Shown: positions 27,501-32,222 of the stretch, in pieces
Layout: each line of letters opens with the position of its first letter
Position numbering within the stretch: position 1 is the first letter of the stretch
From: an uncultured Planctomycetia bacterium
GTDB lineage: Bacteria > Omnitrophota > Gorgyraeia > 2-02-FULL-51-18
Assembly: GCA_964431835.1 (NCBI GenBank)
Contig: CAYSKO010000008.1
Location: forward strand, 26,622 to 90,621
Direction: 5' to 3'
Length of the DNA stretch: 64,000 nucleotides
Made by a program: the position numbers and the translations under genes
Notes under the pieces: generated by a model
Databases searched by the model: none
What the model was told of the DNA's origin: nothing
What the model saw: the letters and a program-made list of their open reading frames with translations, nothing else

Positions 27501-29487
27501 CGCCCGCCTCGCCGAAAAAGCGAAAGAACTGCCCCCCGGCGCCGTGTTCGCGCTTCTTTTCACCGGCAAATACTTCGACGTCGAGCTCGGCCTGGATTAC
27601 GTCGCGACAATTCCGTTCGTCGCGCCGCGCTACGGCCGCAGCGAATTGCGTCTCTACGCGGCGCCGGCCGCCGGCGCCCGGATCGCAGACGATCCGTTCG
27701 CTACCGAGTTACTCGCGCTTTCCGCGGGAGAGGGCTGGGAAGCCGGGGCCGCCCGCGCGGACCTCGCCGCCCGCGATTCCGGGCCGACAGCGTCCCTCGA
27801 CCCGGCCGGCGCGCGCCTGACGACGCCCCAGGAAGCGCTCGCCTTCGCGGCGGCGGCTCTTGCGGTTGCGGGCGATCCGAAAAAACTTCCTGCGGGGACC
27901 ACTTTCCACAACGCCATGGGACAGTCCGTCTCTCCGAGGACGGTTTCGCCCTTCGAATACATTTCGGGATTCGCGGGTACCGCCCGGACTCCGCGGAGCG
28001 GGGAGCCTTCCGACGTCTTCGTTCTCGGCGAATTCGGCTACCTGACCGTGGACACCGCCGCGCATCCGGGCGCGACCGTGACTTCCTATAACTACCGCAT
28101 GTGCATCGGCGTCGCTGTCCAGGCCGTCGACGCGAACGGCCGCGTTCACGTGGGCGTGTACCACCGCCTGCCGCGTCCGAAACTCGACGAAGCCGTCCTC
28201 GACGTCTTCCGGTTTTACTCGGACAAAGGCTTCCACGACGTGAAGATGACGGTGCTGTACGCGAACGATTGGCAGGATTACGGCGCGGTCCCCCAAAAGG
28301 ACGTCGCCAAGGCGCTCGGTAAAGAGCTCGCGGCCCGGAACGGTGGCGTGCCCGTCTCGCTGCGCCTGGAAACGCATTCGCATTGGGACGTCGCGGTGCT
28401 CGCGGCGACGGCCGAAGGCGCCGCCGTCGTGACTCCCGCCACCGGCGTGCGTTACGCGCCCTGGGGGACGTCGGCCGCGCGGCTGGCCACGGCCGAGGAG
28501 CCCGCGGAATCCCTGCTCGCGCCGGCGAACGCCTCTTATCCGCGCCTCGACGCGGACGAAACGCGCGTGCGGACGGCCGCTGGGGCACTGGCGGCTCTCG
28601 TGTCGCGCATCCCGTTCGGCCGGAACGCTTTCGCCATGGACGTTGACGGAGTCGCCGCGACGGCGCGGCGCGAAGGGGAGACGGTCGTTTTTTCCTCCGC
28701 CTCGGGAGCACGGCTGGCCGCCGTCCCGATCGAGCGCGAGTCCGCCAAAGCCGCCGCCGCGGTCAAATCCATCCCCGACTACCTCAGGGAATTCGACGGC
28801 GCCACAACCCGCGTCGAAGAAGCCATGCTTCTCGCCTTCGGAGCCGAAGGCTTGGAGACCTTGACGGCCGAGCCCCGCTCGATCGCCATCGACATCGGCG
28901 TCCTTCCGGCGAAGCGTCCCGAGTACTTAGAGAACCTCTTCGTCCAGCTTCTTGCGATGCGCGCGCGTCCCGTGGCCGCCAACGTCTCGTTCCGCCTGAC
29001 GGGCCCCGGCGTCCAGGAAGCGCTCGCTTCGTCCGACTTGGCACGCCAGCTCGTACGGAAGGGAATTATCGACCAGACGCCCGATCCCAAGCTTAAGACC
29101 GCCGAGATCGCAGGTATAAACCGCATCGAATCCCTCTCAGGTGAGACCTACCTGCCTTTCCGGGCGGTCGAGATCACGGACAAGGAAGCGGGAGTACCGA
29201 AGTGGCAGGCGATGATCCTTCTTGCCGTCATGGCCTCCGAGATCGGGAAGAAGACCGAAGACCCCGTTCTCCTCAGGCAGTTCTACGAGGCTTACCGCGA
29301 CGTCTCGGGCCTTTCGGTCGAGAAGCTAGAGCCTGCGAAGCTCCTAGAAGCTTTAAAGGCGTTCCTCACGGGTACGGCATCCAAATCCTTGGCCGAGGAC
29401 TACGCGATGCGCGCCGCCCCCATCGACATCAACCGTATCATCCAGCTCTTCAGCAACATCAAGCGCATTGTGGCGTCGGCCGCTTGA
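9583..29487 (+). CDS. Giant multidomain secreted protein B (6634 aa, ~720 kDa) with a signal peptide. Modules include TraB/TIKI-like, degenerate GGDEF-like, APH-like kinase, PI3/4K- or HipA-like kinase, JAMM/JAB, M48-like HExxH peptidase, UbiB/ABC1-like kinase, beta-propeller and SAM-MTase-like, plus the shared C-terminal module.
   Basis: ATG at 9583 to TGA at 29485-29487, one 19.9-kb frame with high GC3. N-terminus MTPSGKRILRPIALLLALIFAFEEAAKA/AP is Sec-signal-like. HGDL at 13681-13692 with DFG at 13777-13785. DAKMKHLLLVND...FVGIDSE at ~15310-15405. JAMM HNHPSG-x-PS-xx-D at 16180-16221. HEAGH at 17923-17937. UbiB motif VGVKFGQQVLG at ~21367-21430 with HGDLNRGN at 21997-22020 and DFG at 22060-22068. 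MTase motif I LSIGAGDL at ~27238-27270. Nine G-A-R-[MIL]-A/S motifs. Confidence 0.85.
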   Translation: MTPSGKRILRPIALLLALIFAFEEAAKAAPISAPPTLDAQAALCADPSSLIVPFESAVLKEIHRGTNGRFVIHIQDAHSNLSGQRNLAAALDSILSSHGVRLVLSEGGADDCSLTPFKKAASKEVWKKVAKTLLVQGQISGEEYLNLTTDRPMKIVGVEDIALYLKSVEHYASLADGREQLLSHLREVRASITRMKARLYPSDIMEYEAAKRAGGSQEADFKALVALASARGESLQDFPEIRRLAATVAREAEIDFELANLEQAALAERLSRAGRPESLRESLEDAAHAGTEKVSQHLRVRALIRSAEEAKVPKADYENLSRYAAYLSDFSEVDLDGVLDELAKAEDRVYYAALPSEDARLLRALDRYATLLETAYSIRMSTKDFAQFRASEADFATIRWQAFLNRRLADAGDFGGMIPQTDLLDRGRRSLEEFYASVTERDFAFVRNLEKTMADEGEKAAVLITGGYHTPHLKKLLREKGYSFAVLTPVVLAETSQQKYESRLLAPLRGRGARTVETVSGQGTAGGSLADLGGEFSRPGKNDGVRAMLLRALASSDESPLNFSQDDLETIRAIRATMQNTFRSVLEAAVVDSLRARNAGLSLEEARPRAKGVVEAIFRELDAPRPAPKAAPARALDSAPRTAEAPYTTAAARMSSEVRAAERAAEFWAENERQKAGAFDLVRGQDKAWVGYSDMMKLGLRDRHYGKLAADYFIIDAISIAQRSLASSGVFAYRLGSGDDVVSMAFPESFDGDRVETALADVQVALETEYRSMAFAVLPPGLPTAALDALSEDESVRTVDFRPYYSNGTADGRPHPQILFKLAEGETHRQGLDRLLAAATLAPGTGDVLEVRAPLLPAAAVRLQAPELRTAQPEKSIEASLKAGELRQSALREMGALVGTEETVAAPQRAKENPLYGDTVNAGVESALAEIRARMNADTDPALPVEREYATYERVALFRILGEARKDRSGTPKLKTVRGPPDNFFFVSSDGKGGWQILLVRESVVALEHDGTLENAFLKNRRESGREGDYERKFGFKQVNDVFGHFAGNQLLKLGSLNLQNSFSEASASSGGLMGLEDVFRATFEAMSRVNEVVAEKGFKIEYDASTALTSAEFPADVESPAILLVLEKLAAARRSVTVESRPEFPGVAIRVYGTENKSTWSQIEEELAEVAAYRAHRAGLELERAHAQIREPRASVAAKNSVPAGARLSIQEVFGEDAPDVLEFVAGTRDLDAVLELLMGEPRRAGDRITTGYAVTLRTQAGPVQRLFFVKKLKSDSSLMRRFQTDEHELAQEAEIATRASRIGHSPSTRFFRFRSGTPGLVTTAAGGESIYRMFVRSEPSDPVRLVLEAAAEALADLHFRAGITHGDLVHPGLEDDLRADHIFWRRDADRIAVEFIDFGLANDKATDGQKAEELRKVVHAVSEYIPRRPDRAALVRAFSEAYEARREGIRNETAGARMALPWSPKSGTGILRFDLERRLPADLPVVRVTDKGLERPAFAGTSAETLLENPALATLLRAEGYEYLTGPQLRSRSFLEGLAAQTAREDLRLYLNQRLVYGVPRAVYARRHSPAVNAAARRVTAQLFRSVVRVHPQSAQMLVPVVADLLSRVPENQLESFLEETPFADTHEKALPFGVVRLVPFLVEWSRTLSEVSAAARGDAIPVQPLLSAGLLMDAGKLGPETVAYALERVRAKWINLGRPVNTTALFALEYAIEAALDAREPRSAAETEFAALERNFRAIDRQLESEPKWLGFAGLLRTKTIGFEGSEYRLRDAEIVAARGRNPVLVLKYDNPQKGELPILLKWTQVRKAKYDRIATRTASLLGLFSYRAQPLRDHADFLRSEWEVVQYRPHELVAFTASDSNAPARQKFVLNQPSFRRMIAAADAPRSNPLRDLGAHFFLQHLLGVRDAKMKHLLLVNDARLGENNNRFVGIDSELLFHYNEALDHVNFTDDGRRPPLTPARLNDVPRVLQPNGDQREFMRRIGAEADGARYLGRVIEGFKNAHETARSKREEILRLVRENVEPGRYEAIRAEVERRLDAPAEIALEEVGLATEAFLPAFRESGARVAAAADSSEAARNAYASFRENEIARIVREARTFRARLFAAAMRLALRTGSSPLSRAMLWFVPVGTTALLDLGPDLAASIGALDRAGYGRFADEIGLYRLRGTGRWLAIRGGRDYFPVRGDFAYELFDVFIHNHPSGHALPSLGDVAAHYNTETEGTPFALIAAGNEWLSFDARALQTGGYFKADQYTVYDLNEKLGKALRTKLGREGLVDLSDPVSLAASREAMGGLGIAIRSVLPSELSDNVVGAAPEPFALLGSTDPRTRYQALSILDRALPQGLAADIFQAFHTDTDVRVQMYALGILSMRIRNDFQALRRAVQPFRNSPFERVKEQAAYIGGSETESPSGARMAGDDWAERFPENLRPVFSRMSPAGRIRVDREIEAYRLLSGRAWLEMVDEIDAWKRGDGILDFHVNAEAIKKFGVYLYLGRRHTQVSPGDKRDRGVALEFATLTQVDLSPASPPRPAPGTVFSPPDATSKTAFGYVDLREHRPVRAWAVGMSTTAVREMLRENGLDIPVRKWREGKTEPNPEALYHTVSETLWPYVAMTGALLSGMEAQRRQSLETVVIQEAFPGRLSEYLEPEEEAQALAVVQAIVAESYSPTPGRVSGARIATTAQAPKTPEQSRRLEAIARTTGATPDNEIVATVRKLAFDAAKNLGLPSEQYAFVLSDSDEINAFFYTADGERVIQFNWGLVQFLHENGILNQAVIEFILGHEAGHSLDIDHSKRDPAARHLQLASEYSADEHGLTANDRSGRTPLGGLLLMRALRRHGKDGGISITYPQTHRREYKILNDIRHRYWENLTTSPEPIDAEPSSFERSRRYQMDSKMYGRLTFERLEEAVELAETPHDVLRLTHLYEKLLSVETVLRTLADGTVGRGAIKNNRWQSFDDFDLNNMEKRGEGAFVERYLRDNGVSPEDYFNDKQKDAIRQWAAKNGMDFRDALFMALSDLANRSLGEFRYATSKNEGRLQPYSSIQPTSDVGPDGQSTFKEPLEFWRMKQARHRELQPLRAKFEARAKVAFGGSALGEADRDRLVTDFLLGGLRYLDQEPADFTPYSVTKIDPDDGYESQDYVYPKPADAVADLAWDDPLAALQDVFRNYRSYENNYVKTRSSKDPAYKAYASDEYSAVQAMKVHHDKLIEDLLGKIGPETSTERLLELYATFHEYYRLMPYSVGGYSKDKQTEQYGFDILKRLSERLATVEEFVSVVPRLAKLVPNKYDSSELAKTWFSKAQTVDELLGALDTLLSEPRLRGGTLKALAAFEENAVRIASAADWSKTKPALALVEGLTATLERHGLDPKKTERREEWPLAAAKAAASLIRLTQSNRSNEVFHGELVVRYYTRFYDGKSPYGRPGAAIRVDYPQTRFLYSENELLRHLEGVFYDKVKALRFFFGNGLPPTAGLLYDLKAENREEMFGLFLANEEAYLRNGMPQEEFDRLLCIFAWEWFGPGRGSSVERLRAFTARLRRSPVNAEFLRAFDGAGYNVQESKEGDPKFEAAAEIAEKIGHDAVGSYYAYFGGYEEYKDPTKDKRREHGLERRSYAPLWATDGRDPRKTDEIRAGNDLYEAWAFAHMGASIEERIAWLVRFHPEPTPYRNGLLLKLVGDPFTAGPAVFAPVLPHLAPDRITDILNRRVLQARKAAGELSFKTYAEVKAVIDAHFPEDSEIGRELFFGWLQNARITPVELNGLRETGALSRLAGDKKKKVAHEIIERMGDDMERQSVEEKREVYLWLAGLAPKPTLIEYYEFTSKTDLDDLPRLLAAGTEAERYAFLTTLLVGDSGVLSDPVQRADLMKTLFEAGTGEKAEASNTRFAVLEEVFEACPEHKQFDILHGALGHFQESSGTAAVSSEALTKRFLTSFGLVGVKFGQQVLGIEDLSDRVPPLDKRYLLNAILHDGGMELLDDVASIDEELGSASVKQSYVMTLKNGDRRAIKYVRPLAEFEMVENLAIMRNAIQRLRFRIPALKERVSDSLLDEIEKSVQRELDIRQEVLSQRELGRFSRGERHGGWTLKVPRVDGRFVGSRYFADEYVVGEAPKAAFIAAAGEKTAAAFAGLTLKTVVKQALLFGKYHGDLNRGNLKFDVPGTTAHLIDFGNTATLSRANQDAFVLLMDALAASHAPDALAALRRLAPAGLSPALEAKIGAVAVLADVPAGAKIQRVKAVIEGEGGKLEPQIDYFLKVLETLSYLTGNVSKDQIAEIFAAAVVRRQLSVRNLFTPTTWKFISRRLFGSSAPVPAPGAPLAAEGTAEIPSVAAIPESPKAPASSERGDSPVGARMAEAKSAALTPEGEALKLLALYRIGEGSGDSKDANRFAFSPGGSRLLHRDRGRVSVIDPATGKTVSIELPGGYEWASFRGENVLYVSFQDKTERVYALRGNEIVQTIEDEDEPVLSAGGLLSVGGGRSLSFSDDGSLILVVSDTGYSVRLSSTGETLAIPDARKPKKVELSGNYVVVSFDGGRHAIYLVAENKLSVALTDDVLGVPSIERGYAYAVPADGRARVWELVTGRRALDLEGRINQVKILDGRWAVTVGANDDTAKPGSLEMQLYDLRTGENFGRKIAPEARDFAVDGNGRYVDVFLENERRLFDSETGADLSPVVRPGYDELSIRGNRALVKYGPAARMNAFDGRYETLYRLIDLETGKEITVEGLEAAQRATLAPDGSALIFRNAASDSILADVSGKTVDRFGTAGRKLYSAGFLPSGVVETKDQNNRSHLFDLKTGNSLDSLTGPQATQPVVSSDGKRVVVMDSSRYFRLVDIETMRRNPVLAPHAARWGRSAHFALEILAQLKREGRLDTAADLERLLPRVTEAIERYEAAVTDYNRDRVVGLFLDGNSVLSAPVLERVTASGGDSLEFFLFCIELMESDRRLAFQILDGVFTAAKSEGLAFEENSAVTAKLPNDERERIRRFVALTRNFNPELYRYFLATSEAKLKELLLFSEKILSDEAGMPEIEAFLARAAGEKDSKGRPFDGEQLLYAVVQRAIPPSGASFVRQTEALGLMKKYLEAARERDPRGDVPTSLKALGRFGGGEVRRMVWRRRADAGDTWSPEVAALIDALRYPDAARPTDELKAVVASDRARLSAALTDLLKDFDNDAKRDEALAAFLAHAAHSDALKEKVDRIQTGERAGLRALDELFFDKDNLAILLNEILADFNLEGEGAVRDGKRLARSLGSIWALPLGEGARRARLGIALAPVRNDEVRSKILSALPDVPGLRAEVEKLLDSRVKLPGGLIDRLFEKPRAAISLESERYVEIPSDKAVRVRFQVVKGPLYGMWGLNAGVCIAADVALWKRPEFFLLAMIDEETGSAVGFTHLFTKDFEVDGKTSRHLTVPGINPSTEILSEVRASELYPMVEGALRTVAAAEGYDQIDLPTDKNVLSNRSDIVDQAVRSGYDKDDLPEEVGWNSVPQPYPFKNVFVIPKGARMSGEALSPEARTAALASRLETAFRSLGESAPTGVRPDTFAFFRSARPTAFDAFARRVVESDDALLDLRSPAVVRMVFPVKGRDSVVVRVGREGLDFQQGSVYKMLPIETGGATRIPLSGVRARDPDGTVKPLFDFLADFGVPAETVAKARLQSLSFEHGYHLEIAADGSLSLPDRTTGDVQRAQLRFDRDGDLVSRHFEVPQTPSSEIRNGRIVSLAGHTHGITGDDFISEFTSIDVGVTSVNVVKLLDARKPGDPAALTLAEFLITERVVGEFEFRALVVEVEPDPSDPSVPATVRRFALKHDAATGWAIETTDDGEPLDFNTTVAELREDVETGARMADERKAELDYFFEENFITSGAVADGSIFDKTPMEVVHRSFAEIEKLRPLRDAHYLSIGAGDLRDAFTAAYVHGMRVTAIEKDPRVAAGSREILGFPDAAKFHEDRFEFKEGDALAESWSDKDVVSFFYTEPPSLAEAAAFRARLAEKAKELPPGAVFALLFTGKYFDVELGLDYVATIPFVAPRYGRSELRLYAAPAAGARIADDPFATELLALSAGEGWEAGAARADLAARDSGPTASLDPAGARLTTPQEALAFAAAALAVAGDPKKLPAGTTFHNAMGQSVSPRTVSPFEYISGFAGTARTPRSGEPSDVFVLGEFGYLTVDTAAHPGATVTSYNYRMCIGVAVQAVDANGRVHVGVYHRLPRPKLDEAVLDVFRFYSDKGFHDVKMTVLYANDWQDYGAVPQKDVAKALGKELAARNGGVPVSLRLETHSHWDVAVLAATAEGAAVVTPATGVRYAPWGTSAARLATAEEPAESLLAPANASYPRLDADETRVRTAAGALAALVSRIPFGRNAFAMDVDGVAATARREGETVVFSSASGARLAAVPIERESAKAAAAVKSIPDYLREFDGATTRVEEAMLLAFGAEGLETLTAEPRSIAIDIGVLPAKRPEYLENLFVQLLAMRARPVAANVSFRLTGPGVQEALASSDLARQLVRKGIIDQTPDPKLKTAEIAGINRIESLSGETYLPFRAVEITDKEAGVPKWQAMILLAVMASEIGKKTEDPVLLRQFYEAYRDVSGLSVEKLEPAKLLEALKAFLTGTASKSLAEDYAMRAAPIDINRIIQLFSNIKRIVASAA
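28764..29483 (+). repeat. Copy 2 of the 720-bp perfect direct repeat (shared C-terminal module of giant protein B).
   Basis: Identical to 8734-9453 (compared line by line). Confidence 0.9.
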
Positions 29488-29515
29488 TCTGGCCCGGGGA
29501 GGGCACCGCCCTTCT

Positions 29516-29543
29516 CTTGTGAAATCCCGCCCGTTCGGTATAA
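29516..29543 (+). promoter_or_regulatory. Sigma70-like promoter for acnA: TTGTGA-N16-TATAAT.
   Basis: TTGTGA at 29516-29521 and TATAAT at 29538-29543. SD GAGGAAA precedes ATG 29577. Confidence 0.45.
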
Positions 29544-29576
29544 TAGGATTTCCATAACCCGAGGAAATCCGAGCCC

Positions 29577-31871
29577 ATGAAAGAATTCGAGAAACAGATC
29601 CACGAGCTTTATTCCAAACTCCCCGATAAAATCGATGTCCTCCGCCGCCGCTTCGGCCGCCCGATCACCCTCGCCGAGAAGATTCTCGCCGCTCATGTGA
29701 CACGCGTGGAAAGCCAGGAGTTCGTCCGTGGGTCGAGCTACCTTTCGCTGCATCCCGACCGCGTCGCGATGCAGGATGCGACCGCGCAGATGGCGCTTTT
29801 GCAGTTCATGCTCGCCGAGCGCGATTCCACCGCCGTGCCGTCGACGATCCACTGCGACCATTTGATCCAGGCGCGCTTCGGCGCCGCGCAGGACACGAAG
29901 ACCGCCGTCGACACCAATAAAGAGGTTTACGATTTTCTCCGGAGCGCCTCCAAGCGTTACGGCATCGGCTTCTGGGAGCCGGGCTCGGGCATCATCCACC
30001 AGGTGGTGCTCGAGAATTACGCTTTCCCGGGCGGTCTCATGATCGGCACGGATTCGCACACGCCGAACGCCGGCGGCCTCGGCATGCTCGCGATCGGAGT
30101 CGGCGGCGCCGACGCGGCGGACGTCATGAGCGGCCTCGCGTGGGAAGTGAAGTGCCCGAAGCTCATCGGGGTGAAGCTCACCGGCAAGATGTCGGGCTGG
30201 ACGGCCGCCAAGGACGTCATTCTCAAACTCTGTGGTCTCCTCACCGTGAAGGGTGGCACCGACAAGATCGTCGAGTATTTCGGCCCCGGCGCGCGCACGA
30301 TCAGCTGCACCGGCAAAGCCACCATCACGAACATGGGCGCCGAACTCGGCGCGACGACGTCCGTTTTCCCGTACGACGCGAAGATGGGGGAGTATTTGAA
30401 ATCGACCGGCCGCGCCGAGATTGCGCGCATGGCCGACGCGAACCTCGCGCACCTTTGCGCCGACCCCGAGGTCGAGGCCGATCCTTCGAAGTACTTCGAC
30501 CAGGTGATCGAGATCGATCTTTCGACGCTCGAGCCCCACGTCGTCGGCCCGCACACGCCCGACCTCGCGCGTCCTATTTCGCGGATGGCCGAAGAGGTGC
30601 GCGAGAAGGGCTATCCGGTTGGGATCACGGCCGCACTCATCGGAAGCTGCACCAATTCCTCGTACGAGGACATCGGCCGCGCGGCGGACCTCGCTTCGCA
30701 GGCGCGCCGCGCCGGTATCAAATCCCACACGCGCTTTTACATTTCTCCCGGCTCGGACCAGGTCCAGAATACCGTCCGTCGCGACGGCCAACTCGGTCTC
30801 CTCGAGGATATCGGCGGCGTGGTGCTTTCGAATTCGTGCGGTCCGTGCATCGGCCAGTGGAAGCGCGACGACATCGAGAAGGGGACGAAGAACTCGATCG
30901 TCACCTCGTTCAACCGCAACTTCCCGGCGCGTAACGACGGCAACGACTGCACGTTCGCGTTCATCGCCTCCCCCGAGATCGTGACCGCGTTCGCCCTCGC
31001 GGGCCGGCTGGATTTTAACCCCTTGGTCGACACGATACGCACCGCGGACGGCAAGGACGTGCTTCTCGTCGCGCCATCGGCGCCCGAGCTTCCAGAGAAG
31101 GGATACGTCTCCGGCGAGGCCGGTTACATCGCTCCTGGGCTTTTGGAACAGCGCCGCGCAATGCAGGTGGCGATCGATCTCAAGAGCGAACGCCTCCAGA
31201 AGCTCGAGTCGTTCAAGGTGTGGGACGGAAAGGACATCGAGCGCGTGCCCGTTCTCATAAAAGTGAAGGGCAAGTGCACGACCGACCACATTTCGCCGGC
31301 CGGCCCGTGGCTCAAGTTCCGCGGCCATCTCGACCGTATCTCGGACAACATGTTCCTCGGCGCGGTGAACGCGTTCACGGGGACGGCGGGGCAGGTGAAA
31401 AACTGGATGGAAGGCGGCAAGATCGGCTCTCCCGCCGAGATCGCGCGCGATCATAAAAAGCAGGCGATCGGCTGGATCGTCGTCGGCGACGAGAACTACG
31501 GCGAGGGCTCGAGCCGCGAGCACGCGGCGATGTCCCCGCGCTTCCTCGGCTGCGAGGCGATCGTGGCGAAATCCTTCGCGCGTATCCACGAGACGAACTT
31601 GAAGAAGCAGGGCCTCCTCGCGCTGACGTTCAAGGACCCGAAGGATTACGACCGTGTCCGCGAAGATGACCGCGTGAGCGTGAAGGGCCTTTCGAAGTTC
31701 GCGGCCGCACTGGATCTGACCCTGGCGCTCTGGCATTCCGACGGCACGTCCGAAGAGTTCCTCGTTTCGCACTCGTATACGCCCGAGCAGGTCGAGTGGT
31801 TCAAGGCCGGCAGCGCGTTGAACCGAATCCGCGGCCAGGAAACCAAATTCGCCGTTCCTCCCGCCCTCTAA
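29577..31871 (+). CDS. acnA: Aconitate hydratase (aconitase).
   Basis: 764-aa ORF with aconitase-family motifs HCDHLIQA, GTDSHTPNAGGLG, SCTNSSYEDI, SCGPCIGQW and VGDENYGEGSSREHAA. Confidence 0.9.
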   Translation: MKEFEKQIHELYSKLPDKIDVLRRRFGRPITLAEKILAAHVTRVESQEFVRGSSYLSLHPDRVAMQDATAQMALLQFMLAERDSTAVPSTIHCDHLIQARFGAAQDTKTAVDTNKEVYDFLRSASKRYGIGFWEPGSGIIHQVVLENYAFPGGLMIGTDSHTPNAGGLGMLAIGVGGADAADVMSGLAWEVKCPKLIGVKLTGKMSGWTAAKDVILKLCGLLTVKGGTDKIVEYFGPGARTISCTGKATITNMGAELGATTSVFPYDAKMGEYLKSTGRAEIARMADANLAHLCADPEVEADPSKYFDQVIEIDLSTLEPHVVGPHTPDLARPISRMAEEVREKGYPVGITAALIGSCTNSSYEDIGRAADLASQARRAGIKSHTRFYISPGSDQVQNTVRRDGQLGLLEDIGGVVLSNSCGPCIGQWKRDDIEKGTKNSIVTSFNRNFPARNDGNDCTFAFIASPEIVTAFALAGRLDFNPLVDTIRTADGKDVLLVAPSAPELPEKGYVSGEAGYIAPGLLEQRRAMQVAIDLKSERLQKLESFKVWDGKDIERVPVLIKVKGKCTTDHISPAGPWLKFRGHLDRISDNMFLGAVNAFTGTAGQVKNWMEGGKIGSPAEIARDHKKQAIGWIVVGDENYGEGSSREHAAMSPRFLGCEAIVAKSFARIHETNLKKQGLLALTFKDPKDYDRVREDDRVSVKGLSKFAAALDLTLALWHSDGTSEEFLVSHSYTPEQVEWFKAGSALNRIRGQETKFAVPPAL

Positions 31872-31893
31872 GCCCTATATAAGGAAGAGCGCC

Positions 31894-32124
31894 GTGGAAG
31901 AACGTCGCATCGTCGATTTAAAGCCCGAGCCCGCGGAAGAAGGGGAGATTCTTTACGACCGTCCGAAGGCGCCTTCGCCGTGGCGCGGATTCGCGGTCAA
32001 GATCGTGGGCATCGCGGCGGGGGTCGCACTTTTTCTCGTGCTTCTGACGCTTTTCGTCTACGTGGTCGTTCCGGTCGTGGCCGTCCTCGTCCTTTTTGCG
32101 ATCCTCCGCCGCTTTTTCCGCTGA
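31894..32124 (+). CDS. Small hypothetical membrane protein (76 aa, one long hydrophobic helix).
   Basis: GTG start preceded by AAGGAAG. C-terminal half IVGIAAGVALFLVLLTLFVYVVVPVVAVLVLFAIL is a transmembrane segment. No homology recognised. Confidence 0.3.
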   Translation: MEERRIVDLKPEPAEEGEILYDRPKAPSPWRGFAVKIVGIAAGVALFLVLLTLFVYVVVPVVAVLVLFAILRRFFR

Positions 32125-32222
32125 ACGGAGAGCGAGTCGCTAAAATACCCCTTTTCTCCTCCTGGGCTTCATGTTATAAATTTACGTAAGGAAGTCGTTT
32201 TTTTAAAAAAATGCGAGGGATC

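Noticed and set aside
8-29487. The two giant ORFs as one gene split by a frameshift or assembly error.
   Set aside because: Gene A ends at a clean TAA, and an AT-rich promoter-like island follows. Gene B starts with its own ATG and signal peptide, and there is no frame continuity.
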